A stretch of DNA of 64,000 nucleotides, from the NCBI GenBank assembly GCA_965371445.1, contig CBDUYN010000035.1:127-64126 (forward strand), written 5' to 3'. Source of the stretch: an uncultured bacterium. Its GTDB lineage: Bacteria > Acidobacteriota > Thermoanaerobaculia > Multivoradales > J023. A program made the position numbers and the translations under genes. Shown here piece after piece: positions 1 to 9,264 of the stretch. The notes under the pieces are model-generated. The model was not told the DNA's origin, did no database searches, and was given only the letters and a program-made list of their open reading frames with translations. The stretch's first letter is position 1. Each line of letters starts with the position of its first letter.

Positions 1-603
1 AAGCAAGTCTCCTATTCTTTGACCTCCCCCAAGGTTCTCTGGCATGCCGACTATAGCATATGGTCGGCGCCCAAGTCCCGTCCGGCAAATCTTCGGGGGG
101 CGGCGGTGCTAAAGAAGCATGCGGAATCGGCAGGCACCAGCCTGCCCCGGAGCGAGCGGCAGGTCCAGGTCGCGGGCGCGTTCGCCGACGCGGCCCTCGA
201 GGCGGGCGGCCCTGGGCCATGGCGGCGCTTTCGGCGACGAGCACCCGCCGCGCCGCCGGCCATCGGCCGAACGCGTCCACAGGGCGAGGTCCCAGGCTTG
301 GGAAGCCTACCATACCGGCAAAGCCATACGACGAGCCCTCTCCCAGCCAAAGGGCCTCACTGCCGCGGCTCAAGCCAGCGGCAGCCGGTAGGCCGCCGCT
401 TCCTCGGCGATGCGGGCCAGGGATGCTCCCAGAGGACATTGCCGGTCGCGACGTCATGACCGACGTTGACGCTCAAGACCTGGAGGACGCCGCCCAGCGT
501 CGCCACGGACGCTGGAAATGGGTGGCAGATCCACAGCGGCAGATCCACAGCGGCCAAGATGTCGTAGACTCCGGAGGGCCGAGCAACTTCCAGGAGACGA
601 GCC

Positions 604-1905
604 ATGGAGCTTCTACGACATCCCCACAACCGCCGCCTGCCGTGTGTCGCGGCGATCTGTCTTGCCCTCCTCGTCCCCCTTGCCGCCGCGGAGAGCGGCG
701 AGGTGGCGATGATCGAGGCCACGGGCGAAGCCGCCGCCTTCTGGCCGCGTTGGCGTGGCCCCTCGGGGCAGGGTCAGGTCCGCGGCGAGGGCTACGTCGA
801 CACCTGGTCCGAGAATGAGAACGTCCTGTGGAAAGTGCCGGTACCGGGGCAGGGCAACTCGTCGCCCATCGTCTGGGGCGACCGGATCTTCCTCACTACG
901 GCCTACGACGGCGGCAATCGCCGCTCGATCCTTTCGTTTCAGCGCAGCGACGGCAAGCTCCTGTGGGAGGCTTTCGCACCCGCCACGGAGCCCGAGGCGG
1001 CCCACGGCAAGAACGGACACGCCTCCTCGACGCCGACGACCGACGGCGAGCGCGTTTACGCCTACCTGGGAAATCACGGCGTCCTGGCGGTCGATCTCGC
1101 CGGCAAGAGCGTGTGGCGCGTCGCTTTCGAGGGCGGTTTTCAGGCCTATCACGGTACGGCCTCCTCGCCGCTCCTCTATCGGGGCAAGCTCATCGTCGCC
1201 CAGGACCACGGCGGGGAGTCGGGGTCGTTCATCGCGGCGCTCGACACGAAGACCGGCCGGCAGCTCTGGCGCACGCCGCGCGACGCCCGGGTGGGGTGGA
1301 GCTCGCCGATCGCCGTCGATGCCGGCGGACGCGACGAGATCGTCCTCTCCGGCCAAAAAGCGGTCGTCGCCTACGACCCGGAGACCGGCAAGGAGCTGTG
1401 GCGGGCCGAGGGCAACACCTTCGAGGCCATCCCGACGCCGGTGGTCGGCCACGGCCACCTCTACGCCTCCTCGGGACGCGCCGGCCCGACGCTCGCCATC
1501 CGTCCCGGCGGCTCGGGCGACGTCACGAAGTCTCACGTCACCTGGCAGACGCCGAAGGGTTCGCCGTTCGTGCCGTCGACCGTCCTCGACGGTCCCTACC
1601 TCTTCATGGTCAACGACATGGCGGCGATCGCCAGCTGCTTCGAGGCCAAGACCGGCGAGACGCTCTGGCAGGGACGCCTTGGCACGGCGCGCCGCGAGGG
1701 ATTTTCAGCTTCCCCCGTGGCCCTGGGCGGCAAGGTCTTCTTTACCAACGACGACGGCGAGACCTTCGTCCTGAAGGCGGGTCCGGAGCTCGAGGTCTTG
1801 AAGGTCAACCGGCTTGGCGAGCGGGTCCTGGCGTCACCGGCCCTGGTGGACGGCCGCTGGTACTTCCGGACGGAGAAGCACCTGTTGGCGATCGGCGCCT
1901 CCTGA
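604..1905 (+). CDS. PQQ-like beta-propeller repeat protein (BamB/PQQ enzyme-repeat family), secreted
   Basis: 433 aa with an N-terminal signal peptide (LALLVPLAAAES). Repeated W-x-G / G-x-x-Y-A-x-D blades typical of PQQ beta-propellers. GGAG Shine-Dalgarno upstream of the ATG. Confidence 0.8.
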   Translation: MELLRHPHNRRLPCVAAICLALLVPLAAAESGEVAMIEATGEAAAFWPRWRGPSGQGQVRGEGYVDTWSENENVLWKVPVPGQGNSSPIVWGDRIFLTTAYDGGNRRSILSFQRSDGKLLWEAFAPATEPEAAHGKNGHASSTPTTDGERVYAYLGNHGVLAVDLAGKSVWRVAFEGGFQAYHGTASSPLLYRGKLIVAQDHGGESGSFIAALDTKTGRQLWRTPRDARVGWSSPIAVDAGGRDEIVLSGQKAVVAYDPETGKELWRAEGNTFEAIPTPVVGHGHLYASSGRAGPTLAIRPGGSGDVTKSHVTWQTPKGSPFVPSTVLDGPYLFMVNDMAAIASCFEAKTGETLWQGRLGTARREGFSASPVALGGKVFFTNDDGETFVLKAGPELEVLKVNRLGERVLASPALVDGRWYFRTEKHLLAIGAS

Positions 1906-1908
1906 GCC

Positions 1909-3015
1909 TTAGAGGAAGGTCTCGACCGGCGCCGGATGGCCCAGGTGGTAGCCCTGGGCGTACTCGAAGCCCATCTCGAGGCAGGCCTGGGCTTCTTCCT
2001 CGCATTCGATCCCTTCGGCGAGGGTGGTGATCCCCATGTCGACGACGAGCTTGACGAGCGTGCGCACCATCTCGCGGCGCTGGGGCTTTGCCTGGTGGAT
2101 GTTGCGGATGAAGGCGATGTCGAACTTGAGGTAGTCGGGGGCGGCGTCGGTGAGCTCGGCCAAGCGCGCCTGCCCGGTGCCGAAGTCGTCGAAGGCGACG
2201 CGGATCGAGAGTCGGTCGAGCTCGTCGCGCAGGCCCTGGAGGGCCGCCACGCTCGCCACCGCGCCCTCGTGGATCTCCAGCACCAGGCTGCGCTCGGGAT
2301 CCGCGTCGCGCAGCGCCCGGATCGAGGCGATGAGCTCGTGCTCGGCCTGCAGCTCCGCGGGATGGGTGTTGAGAAAAATCGCCTGCTCCGCCGGCAGGGC
2401 CTTCGCTTCTTGCATGCCCTTGACCCGGAAAGCGACGCTCAGCTCCTCGGCGAGGCCGATCGACTCCGCCGTCATGAAAAGCTCCCCCGGCGAGGTCTCC
2501 TGGCCGGCCAGGATGCCGCGCCCAAGGACCTCGTGGCCGAGGAGCGTGCGGTCGGAGAGCTTGACGATCGGCTGGAACATGGTGCGGATGTGGCCCTCCT
2601 GGAGCATCTCCCGAAGCTCGCGGTAGCGGGCCACGACACCGCCGGGGGCCATGGCGTCCTTGATCTCGACGGTTCTGGTGGCCGGCATCCACGACGGCTC
2701 GACTTCGTCTTCCACCAGCCGGAACTCCAAGTCCGCGAAGTGGAGGATGTCGCCGGTTTCGATGCGTTGCTCCCCCTTGAGCTGCTTGCCGTTGATGAAG
2801 GTGCCGTTGGTCGATTCCAGGTCCCGCAGGTAGAGGGCTCCCTCGCGGCCGACGATCTCGGCGTGGTGCTGCGAGACCATCTTGGAGCCGAGCGTCAGGT
2901 CGCAGCTCGGACGGCGGCCGACACTGAAGGGGGTCGTCCGCACCGGCGTGCGGATGTCCGGCCGGTTGGAGTCGGAGCCCTCGAAGCCTTCAAGGTACCA
3001 GCTACGTTGTCTCAT
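1909..3015 (-). CDS. FHA domain-EAL domain protein (putative c-di-GMP phosphodiesterase gated by phospho-Thr recognition)
   Basis: N-terminal FHA signature (GRRPSCDLTL...SQHHAEI...LRDLESTNGTFINGKQL). C-terminal EAL-type motifs (DDFGTGQARLAELTDAAPDYLKFDIAFIRNI, LAEGIE). Confidence 0.8.
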   Translation of the reverse strand: MRQRSWYLEGFEGSDSNRPDIRTPVRTTPFSVGRRPSCDLTLGSKMVSQHHAEIVGREGALYLRDLESTNGTFINGKQLKGEQRIETGDILHFADLEFRLVEDEVEPSWMPATRTVEIKDAMAPGGVVARYRELREMLQEGHIRTMFQPIVKLSDRTLLGHEVLGRGILAGQETSPGELFMTAESIGLAEELSVAFRVKGMQEAKALPAEQAIFLNTHPAELQAEHELIASIRALRDADPERSLVLEIHEGAVASVAALQGLRDELDRLSIRVAFDDFGTGQARLAELTDAAPDYLKFDIAFIRNIHQAKPQRREMVRTLVKLVVDMGITTLAEGIECEEEAQACLEMGFEYAQGYHLGHPAPVETFL

Positions 3016-3086
3016 CGGTTCTCGGCCGTTCTCGTCGGTGGCGTCGTGCTGGCGATTCTACACAGGGAGGCGTCCCGCGAACAGGT

Positions 3087-3962
3087 TCAAGTGGATCGGC
3101 GAAGACATTGTAGGTGTAGGTGGTGGCGGGAGGTGCGTTCAGTGAGGTAGGCAGAGACCGCGTGCAGGGGGCGCGACGCCGTGGTGCGGCCGTTCCAGAT
3201 CACCGTCGCCTGGTGGCGCTGGCGGTAGATCGAGCGGACGCAGCCGCGGTTGGGAGCCCAGTAGAGAAAGGCGCCGCCGAGCTCCGGCGTGTCGCTCGTC
3301 AGGCCGTAGAGGATCGCGAAGACGTCCTCTCCGACCCACTCGCGGGGCCAATAGAGGTCGCGGTGCCAGCCGATGCCGCTCGCCTCGAGATCCTGAAGCG
3401 AGAGCGTCAGAGTGTATTCGTCTCGCTCCAAGTCGAAGCCGGTGAGCCGCCGGAAAGGGCCGCTTCCGAGCGCTTGGTCGGCGAGCTCGAAAAGCTCGGG
3501 GACGGCGTCCCGCTCCAACTGGCCCCAGCTCTCCTTCCTCCGGGCGGCGATTTTCTCGACGAGGGCTTCGATCCTCGGCCTCTCGGCCTTGGCGAAAAGG
3601 AAGTCGATCGTGGTGCAGTGCTCCTCGGCGAGGTCTTGGACGGCATCCTCGAGCTCCTCGCAAGTCCGGCACCGGGCCGGCTGGCCGGTCGCCAGCACCG
3701 CGGGGCTCTCGGCCAGGAGCTGAAGGGCGACGAGATCGCCAGCGACGGTGGCGAGCTCCGGCCAGAGGTCCTCGTCGAGCTCGGCGAGGACCTCCTGACC
3801 GGCGAGCCGCGGCAAGCCGGCCGCGACGTCGAGCAGGCGAAAGAGCGTCGGGAGCTCCTGCGGCTCGAACCGTCGCCAGAGCTCGGCGGGATCCGCCCCG
3901 TCGGGCAAGGGTCGCAGCTTTCGGAGGATGTCTTGTCGCCTCGGGCGATCGCTCGTCTGCAA
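3087..3962 (-). CDS. hypothetical protein (possible cupin/2OG-Fe(II) oxygenase-like fold)
   Basis: 291-aa ORF with good codon bias. A GIGWHRD motif plus a C-terminal HAV could form an HxD...H facial triad. No firm family assignment. Confidence 0.45.
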   Translation of the reverse strand: MQTSDRPRRQDILRKLRPLPDGADPAELWRRFEPQELPTLFRLLDVAAGLPRLAGQEVLAELDEDLWPELATVAGDLVALQLLAESPAVLATGQPARCRTCEELEDAVQDLAEEHCTTIDFLFAKAERPRIEALVEKIAARRKESWGQLERDAVPELFELADQALGSGPFRRLTGFDLERDEYTLTLSLQDLEASGIGWHRDLYWPREWVGEDVFAILYGLTSDTPELGGAFLYWAPNRGCVRSIYRQRHQATVIWNGRTTASRPLHAVSAYLTERTSRHHLHLQCLRRST

Positions 3963-4058
3963 GGTCTTTCTCCCAGGTCCGGCGTCAGGGTATCACCAGG
4001 TGGGGCGGAAGCGTTGTTCCAGTTGACGGCCGGGAGGCCACGGCGGTAGCCTCCCGGT

Positions 4059-4319
4059 ATGCAAGACGTCGACCGCGACCTGGAGAAGCTACGACTCCTG
4101 CTCCGGAAGAAGATCGAGGAAAGCGGGTTGACCCAGACCGAGATCCAGCGCCGATGTGGCTGGGACCATGGATCGTTGAGCAAGATGCTGATCAGCAGCA
4201 AGACCATGAAGGTGGGAATGGTGCTGACCTTGCTCGACGTCCTCGGAGTCGAGCCCGGCCGGTTTTTCGGCCAGCTCTACGACATTGCGCGCCGCGAATC
4301 CGGCGAAGAGGTCCACTGA
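4059..4319 (+). CDS. XRE-family helix-turn-helix transcriptional regulator
   Basis: 86 aa. HTH_3-like segment (LRKKIEESGLTQTEIQRRCGWDHGSLSKM). Sits immediately upstream of the VWFA-domain gene. Confidence 0.55.
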   Translation: MQDVDRDLEKLRLLLRKKIEESGLTQTEIQRRCGWDHGSLSKMLISSKTMKVGMVLTLLDVLGVEPGRFFGQLYDIARRESGEEVH

Positions 4320-4333
4320 TCTTGGAGGAGACC

Positions 4334-5425
4334 ATGAAACCCAGATCCGGCACAGGTCGGGAGAAGGCATTCCGGTGGGCGGTGATCGCCTTCGTGGCAT
4401 GGGCCGCGCCGCCCTTGGCCGCGCAGAACAAGCCCTCCGAAGCCTTCGAGGGCCTGGTGGAGGTCTCGGAGGTCCTGATCGACGTCCTGGCTACCGACGG
4501 CGAAGGGCACCTGGTCCGTGGCCTTACGCTCGAAGATTTTGTCGTCGAGGAGGGGGGGCGTCCGGTCGAGCTGACGGGCCTGAGCTACTACACGACCCGC
4601 TACGGCGAGGAGGGCGCGGCGCCGGGCGAGGTCCCCGCGAGCCGCTACTTCGTCCTCTTCTTCCACGACCCGATACCCAACGCGGCCTATCAGGCGCGGC
4701 GCATCCGCCAGAAGCTCGTCGCCGGGCGCGACGCCCAGAGCTGGATCGAGACGGAGATGTCCGGATCCGACTGGGTCGCCGTGGTGAGCTGGGATTCGCG
4801 GCTCAAGGTGCACCAGGACTTCACGCAGGACCGCGACGCGTTGCTCTTCGCCGTCGAGCAGGCGATGAGCCGACGCGATCCCGAGAAGCTGGATCCGAGG
4901 CGCCGGCCGCCGGCCTCGGGGCTGCCTTCGCTGCTGCGCCGCCTGCCGAGCGGCAAAGCCCTGCGCCGGGCGAGCCGCGACATGAACGACGCCCTGAGCT
5001 TGCTCGCCGGAGCCGTGGGCTACATCGTGGGACGCAAGAACCTCCTGCTCTTTACCCACGGCTTCGGTCAGAACGACGCGGAGGCCCGCGAGCGGCGCCG
5101 CTACCCGGGGCGCGATCCCCAGGTGGCCCTAAACGACCACAACGTCGCCGTCTATCCGATCCACCTCGGCGGGCGTGGCTCCGGCCAGCCCCAGAGCGGC
5201 TACCTGGCCGAGCTCGCCGAGTCGACCGGCGGCTTCTACTACGAGAACCTCGACCACTTCCTTGCACCGCTCACCACGATCGGCGCCGAGAGCTTCGGCT
5301 ACTACGTCCTGAGCTTCCAGTCGCAGCATCCGGCGGGGGAGATCGGCTACGAGCAGGTCGAGGTCAAGGCGCGCGACGAGTCGATCCTGATCCGGGCGCG
5401 CCGCGGCTACCGTTACGGTCTTTAG
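4334..5425 (+). CDS. VWFA-related Acidobacterial domain protein (TIGR03436-like), secreted
   Basis: Start chosen at MKPRSG with a GGAGGAG Shine-Dalgarno. Signal peptide present. The N-terminal segment (VLIDVLATDGEGHLVRGLTLEDFVVEEGGRPVELT) matches the VWFA-related Acidobacterial domain pattern; VWA-like remainder. Confidence 0.7.
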   Translation: MKPRSGTGREKAFRWAVIAFVAWAAPPLAAQNKPSEAFEGLVEVSEVLIDVLATDGEGHLVRGLTLEDFVVEEGGRPVELTGLSYYTTRYGEEGAAPGEVPASRYFVLFFHDPIPNAAYQARRIRQKLVAGRDAQSWIETEMSGSDWVAVVSWDSRLKVHQDFTQDRDALLFAVEQAMSRRDPEKLDPRRRPPASGLPSLLRRLPSGKALRRASRDMNDALSLLAGAVGYIVGRKNLLLFTHGFGQNDAEARERRRYPGRDPQVALNDHNVAVYPIHLGGRGSGQPQSGYLAELAESTGGFYYENLDHFLAPLTTIGAESFGYYVLSFQSQHPAGEIGYEQVEVKARDESILIRARRGYRYGL

Positions 5426-5507
5426 CCCTCTAGACAGCGTTTCTCGTTCGTCGTAGATTGGTGGCCACGATCCGGCACGTTCAACCGAAGTCAACAAGGA
5501 GAGATCC

Positions 5508-8504
5508 ATGAGAAAAAGTGCGAGGCTCATCCTGACTACCCTGGTCGTGGCGCTTGTGGCCGCGGCTGCGACGCTCGCCCAGTCGCAGGCCACGACGGGC
5601 GTCATCGAGGGAACTCTGTCCGACGAGAGCGGCGCCGTGCTGCCCGGCGTCACGGTCGTCCTCACCAACACCGCGACCAACTTCGAGAAGGTCACCGTGA
5701 CCAACGAGCGCGGCCGTTTCCGCGCTCTGCTCCTGCCGCTCGGGCCTTACACGGTCACCGCGAGCTTCGAAGGCTTCGCGACGCTGGTCCGCGAAGGCAT
5801 CCAGCTCACCGTCGGCGCGACGGTCAACCTGGCGCTCACCCTCCGGATCTCCGGTACCGAAGACGAAATCGTGGTCACCGGCGAGGCGCCGCTGGTCGAG
5901 ACCACCGAGGCCGCGAGCTCGGTCCGCATCGACCGGGCAACGATCGACGGCATCCCCAACAACGGCCGCAACTTCCTGGAGTTCACGCGCCTGACGCCGG
6001 GGGTCTCGATCGTCCAGGGACCGGACGGCGAGGAGCTCACCGTCAACGGCCAGAAGGGCATCCAGAACAACATCATGGTCGACGGCGCCGACTTCAACAA
6101 CCCGTTTTTTGGCGAGCAGCGGGGCGGCCAGCGTCCGGCCTTCACGTTCAACATCGACTCGGTGCAGGAGTTCGTCGTGGTGGCCGACGGCGCGCCGGCG
6201 GAGTTCGGACGGGCTTCGGCCGGCTTCGTGAGCGTGGTGACGAAGTCGGGGACCAACGACCTCTCCGGCACCGCCCACCTCTTCTACCAGGACGACTCGC
6301 TCTCCACCGAGGCCGAGCGGGCCGACGGCACGAAGGAGCCCAAGTTCGACTTCGAACGGCAGCAGATCGGCTTCACCCTCGGCGGCCCCTTGAAGCAGGA
6401 CAAGACCTTCTTCTTCCTGGCCTTCGACTACCAGGACGGCGAGTCCATCAAGCAGAGGGACCCGACCCGTATCGAGCCGCGTGTCGTCGACGCCCTGGCC
6501 GCTCTGGGCAGCCCCAACGAGAACGCCCCCATCGACCGGACGGACGACTCCATCGCCGGCCTTGCGAAGCTCGACTTCGCCACCTCGTCTTCGGATCTCC
6601 TGACCCTGCGCTTCAGCTACACCGAGGCGGAGCAGGACAACGGCACGTTCGACGTCGACTCCTGGGGTGTGAGCGCGAACGCCGTGGAGAAAGACTCCTC
6701 CTACGCGATCTCGGGCTCTTTCACGTCGGTCTTGAAGGACAACATCTTCAACGAGCTGCGCTTCCAGTTCGCGCGGGAGGACCGTCCGCGGCCCTACGAC
6801 GGGCCGACCTTTCCGGGCACGGACCGCCCTTTGCCAGACACGGCTTTCGACTTCGGCCGCAACTACCGGTTCGGTATGCCGTTCTTCATCCCGGTCGTCT
6901 ACCACGACACCCGCTGGCAGCTCAACGACAACCTCTCGTGGCTGATGGACGCGCACGAGCTCAAGGCCGGTGTCGAGTACAACCAGACGGCGGCGTTCCA
7001 GACCTTCATCGGGTTCGCCAACGGCCGCTTCATCTTCGGCTCGACCGACGGTTTTTTGAGCTACGTCGAGAACCCCAACTACGTCGAGTGCTCCGACGGC
7101 AGCTCCTCGGGCGACGGCACCTGTCCGGAGGGGTCGTCGATCACCGGACCTGTGCTCCTCTACCTCCAGCAGGCCGGTGTCGGCTCGACGACGGTGGAGG
7201 AGGCCGGCACCCAGACCATCATCCAGGAAGAGCCGGCGGTTTTCATCCAGGACACCTGGCAGCCGAGCGCCAACGTGACGGTACAGCTCGGCCTGCGCTG
7301 GGAAGCCCAGATCGAGCCCAACCCGATCACGCCGGCGAGCGAGGTCTTCTACTCCGACTTCATCGGCCGGACCCAGGAGGGGCAGGTCTTTCTCTCGGAC
7401 GGCGAGATCCCGTCGGACTACGACATGTGGCAGCCGCGGTTCGGCCTCGCCTGGGATCCCAAAGGCGACGGCCGGACGGTGATCCGCGTCAACGCGGGCC
7501 TGTTCTACGCGCGCATCCCGGGCCTCGCGCTCGCCTCGAGCCGCTCGACCAACGGCAGCCTCGGCCAGACGCTGTTTCGCAACAGCGAGCTCATCCCCAT
7601 CCTCGGAGCGCCGCCGCCCTACGACCAGATCCTCGGTCCCGCCCAGGTGGGCGACCCCTTCCGTCCCGACGTCTTCATCTTCGACGAGGACTTCTCGAAC
7701 CCCCGGACCACCTCGGCGGCGCTCGCTTTCGAGCACCAGTTGGGCAGCAACTACTCGATGCTCGTGAAGTACAACTACGCCGAGACGGACCACCTGACCC
7801 GCTTCGCCAACCGCAACGACCCGCTCCTCTCCGCGGACCCGAGCGACGGCCTGGGGCCGTGGTCGACGGGGCTCAACGGGGGGCCGAACGGCGTCGGCGT
7901 CCTGACGACGGTCGAGTCAACGGCTTCGAGCCGCTACCAGGGCCTGACCGTGGGTCTCGAGAAGCGGGCGGGCACGATCCAGTTCCAGGCCTACTACACC
8001 TACTCGGAAGACAAGAGCGACGACGACAACGAGCGCGATCCCTTCTCCTTCCGCTATGCGCGGATCACCGACCTCGACGCGGAGTGGGGCTACTCGGACC
8101 GCGACCAGCGCGACCGCTTCAACGGCTGGCTCCTCTGGCAGGCGCCCTGGGGCTTGAACGTCAACGCGCGCTATTCGTACCGTTCGGCGCAGCCGCAGTC
8201 GATCACCGAGACCGGTGCGGTCGCCAACACCCCGCAGGAACGCATCAACGCCGACGGCACGGTGACGCAACGCAACCTCGGGCGCAAGGACAACAAGTTC
8301 TCTTCGCTCGACTTGCGCATCTCGAAATACTTCAACGCCGGCGACGTTCGGATCGAGGGCATCTTCGAGACCTTCAACCTCTTCAACGGGCGCAACGCGC
8401 GCGCCCCCGAGGTGACGAGCCTGATCTTCAACTTCGACGGCACGGTGCAGAGCGGCCTCGGCGATCCGCGCCAGTTCCAGCTCGGGCTGCGTTTCGTCTT
8501 CTAG
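5508..8504 (+). CDS. TonB-dependent outer-membrane receptor with N-terminal carboxypeptidase-regulatory-like (CarbopepD_reg) domain
   Basis: 998 aa. Signal peptide followed by a CarbopepD_reg region (GTLSDESGAVLPGVTVVLTNTATNFEKVTVTNERGRFRALLLPLGPYTVTASFEGF). Plug-domain motifs (IDGIPNN) and a C-terminal beta-barrel ending in an aromatic residue (LRFVF). Confidence 0.85.
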   Translation: MRKSARLILTTLVVALVAAAATLAQSQATTGVIEGTLSDESGAVLPGVTVVLTNTATNFEKVTVTNERGRFRALLLPLGPYTVTASFEGFATLVREGIQLTVGATVNLALTLRISGTEDEIVVTGEAPLVETTEAASSVRIDRATIDGIPNNGRNFLEFTRLTPGVSIVQGPDGEELTVNGQKGIQNNIMVDGADFNNPFFGEQRGGQRPAFTFNIDSVQEFVVVADGAPAEFGRASAGFVSVVTKSGTNDLSGTAHLFYQDDSLSTEAERADGTKEPKFDFERQQIGFTLGGPLKQDKTFFFLAFDYQDGESIKQRDPTRIEPRVVDALAALGSPNENAPIDRTDDSIAGLAKLDFATSSSDLLTLRFSYTEAEQDNGTFDVDSWGVSANAVEKDSSYAISGSFTSVLKDNIFNELRFQFAREDRPRPYDGPTFPGTDRPLPDTAFDFGRNYRFGMPFFIPVVYHDTRWQLNDNLSWLMDAHELKAGVEYNQTAAFQTFIGFANGRFIFGSTDGFLSYVENPNYVECSDGSSSGDGTCPEGSSITGPVLLYLQQAGVGSTTVEEAGTQTIIQEEPAVFIQDTWQPSANVTVQLGLRWEAQIEPNPITPASEVFYSDFIGRTQEGQVFLSDGEIPSDYDMWQPRFGLAWDPKGDGRTVIRVNAGLFYARIPGLALASSRSTNGSLGQTLFRNSELIPILGAPPPYDQILGPAQVGDPFRPDVFIFDEDFSNPRTTSAALAFEHQLGSNYSMLVKYNYAETDHLTRFANRNDPLLSADPSDGLGPWSTGLNGGPNGVGVLTTVESTASSRYQGLTVGLEKRAGTIQFQAYYTYSEDKSDDDNERDPFSFRYARITDLDAEWGYSDRDQRDRFNGWLLWQAPWGLNVNARYSYRSAQPQSITETGAVANTPQERINADGTVTQRNLGRKDNKFSSLDLRISKYFNAGDVRIEGIFETFNLFNGRNARAPEVTSLIFNFDGTVQSGLGDPRQFQLGLRFVF

Positions 8505-8548
8505 GACAGCGGCCATCCCCGCTCTCCCTTCGGAGAGCGGGGCTCCCT

Positions 8549-9106
8549 TCACCTGCGCAACCGGAAGTCCCGTACGCAGTGCCAGACGCCGTCCTCGTCT
8601 TTCGCGAGCGGCCGGATTCCGCCGAACCTTCCCAGCCTTCGAGATCGCTCGACGGTGCTCTCCGAGATCTGCGGATCGCCTTCGAAGTGGAGGTCGTGGC
8701 GTTGCTCGCTCTTGAAGCCGTCGGCGGTGATTACGAAATGGACGTGGGCGGGCACTCCGCCGCCGGGGTAGGCGCCGGGCCGGATGGTGGAGATCTCGTA
8801 GCGGCCCTCGGCGTCGGTTTGAAGCGTCGCCTTGAGGCGCGGGTTGGCCGACGAGGTGGTCTCGCCCGAGTAATAGCCCCGGGCGTCAGTATGGTAGACG
8901 TAGAGCTCGGCTCCGGCCACCGGGGTCTCGCCGTCGTCGGCGAAGACAGTCCCCGCGAGGTGGAGGCGTTCGCCGGGCTCGTCGGTTCCTGCGATGACGA
9001 CCGAGGAGCCGGGCGTCCGGGCGTCCGGCTCCTCGGCGATCGCCGGGGCCGCGGCAAGGAGTAGGGCGAGAGCGGCGAAGGGGACGCTTCTGCGGAAAGA
9101 CATCAT
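8549..9106 (-). CDS. intradiol ring-cleavage dioxygenase-like protein, secreted
   Basis: Start at MMSFRR within the longer ORF. Signal peptide present. Motifs GTVFADDGETPVAGAELYVYHTDARGYY and RPAHVHF are typical of the protocatechuate/catechol intradiol dioxygenase core. Confidence 0.65.
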   Translation of the reverse strand: MMSFRRSVPFAALALLLAAAPAIAEEPDARTPGSSVVIAGTDEPGERLHLAGTVFADDGETPVAGAELYVYHTDARGYYSGETTSSANPRLKATLQTDAEGRYEISTIRPGAYPGGGVPAHVHFVITADGFKSEQRHDLHFEGDPQISESTVERSRRLGRFGGIRPLAKDEDGVWHCVRDFRLRR

Positions 9107-9264
9107 GGCTGAGCTCCTCTGCGGTACCTGGAGACCTCTGTGCCCTTGTACGCAGATTCCGGACGCCGGGTTTGTCAAGACCCTGTAAAGGACGTGGCCG
9201 GCGGCGGGAGAGGGGAGATGTGATACGCTGAGGCCGGAGGGTAGAGAAGAGGATAGAGAAAAGT

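Noticed and set aside
19-818. Overlapping ORFs at the 5' edge of the window (19-459, 60-818, 119-391, 357-722).
   Set aside because: - No recognisable motifs.
- Arg/Pro-rich translations typical of GC artefacts.
- No RBS.
- The region is more likely the promoter / 5' UTR of the PQQ-propeller gene, or the tail of an upstream gene that I cannot identify.
5481-7793. 770-aa minus-strand ORF antisense to the TonB receptor gene. Similar long alternative-frame ORFs include 6938-9064, 9825-12086, 12968-15529, 29005-31461, 43899-46262, 48717-50483 and 59967-61178.
   Set aside because: - Translations are low-complexity and rich in Arg/Gly/Ala/Pro, as expected for off-frame reading of about 70%-GC DNA.
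- Each one overlaps a gene with clear domain homology on the other strand or in another frame.
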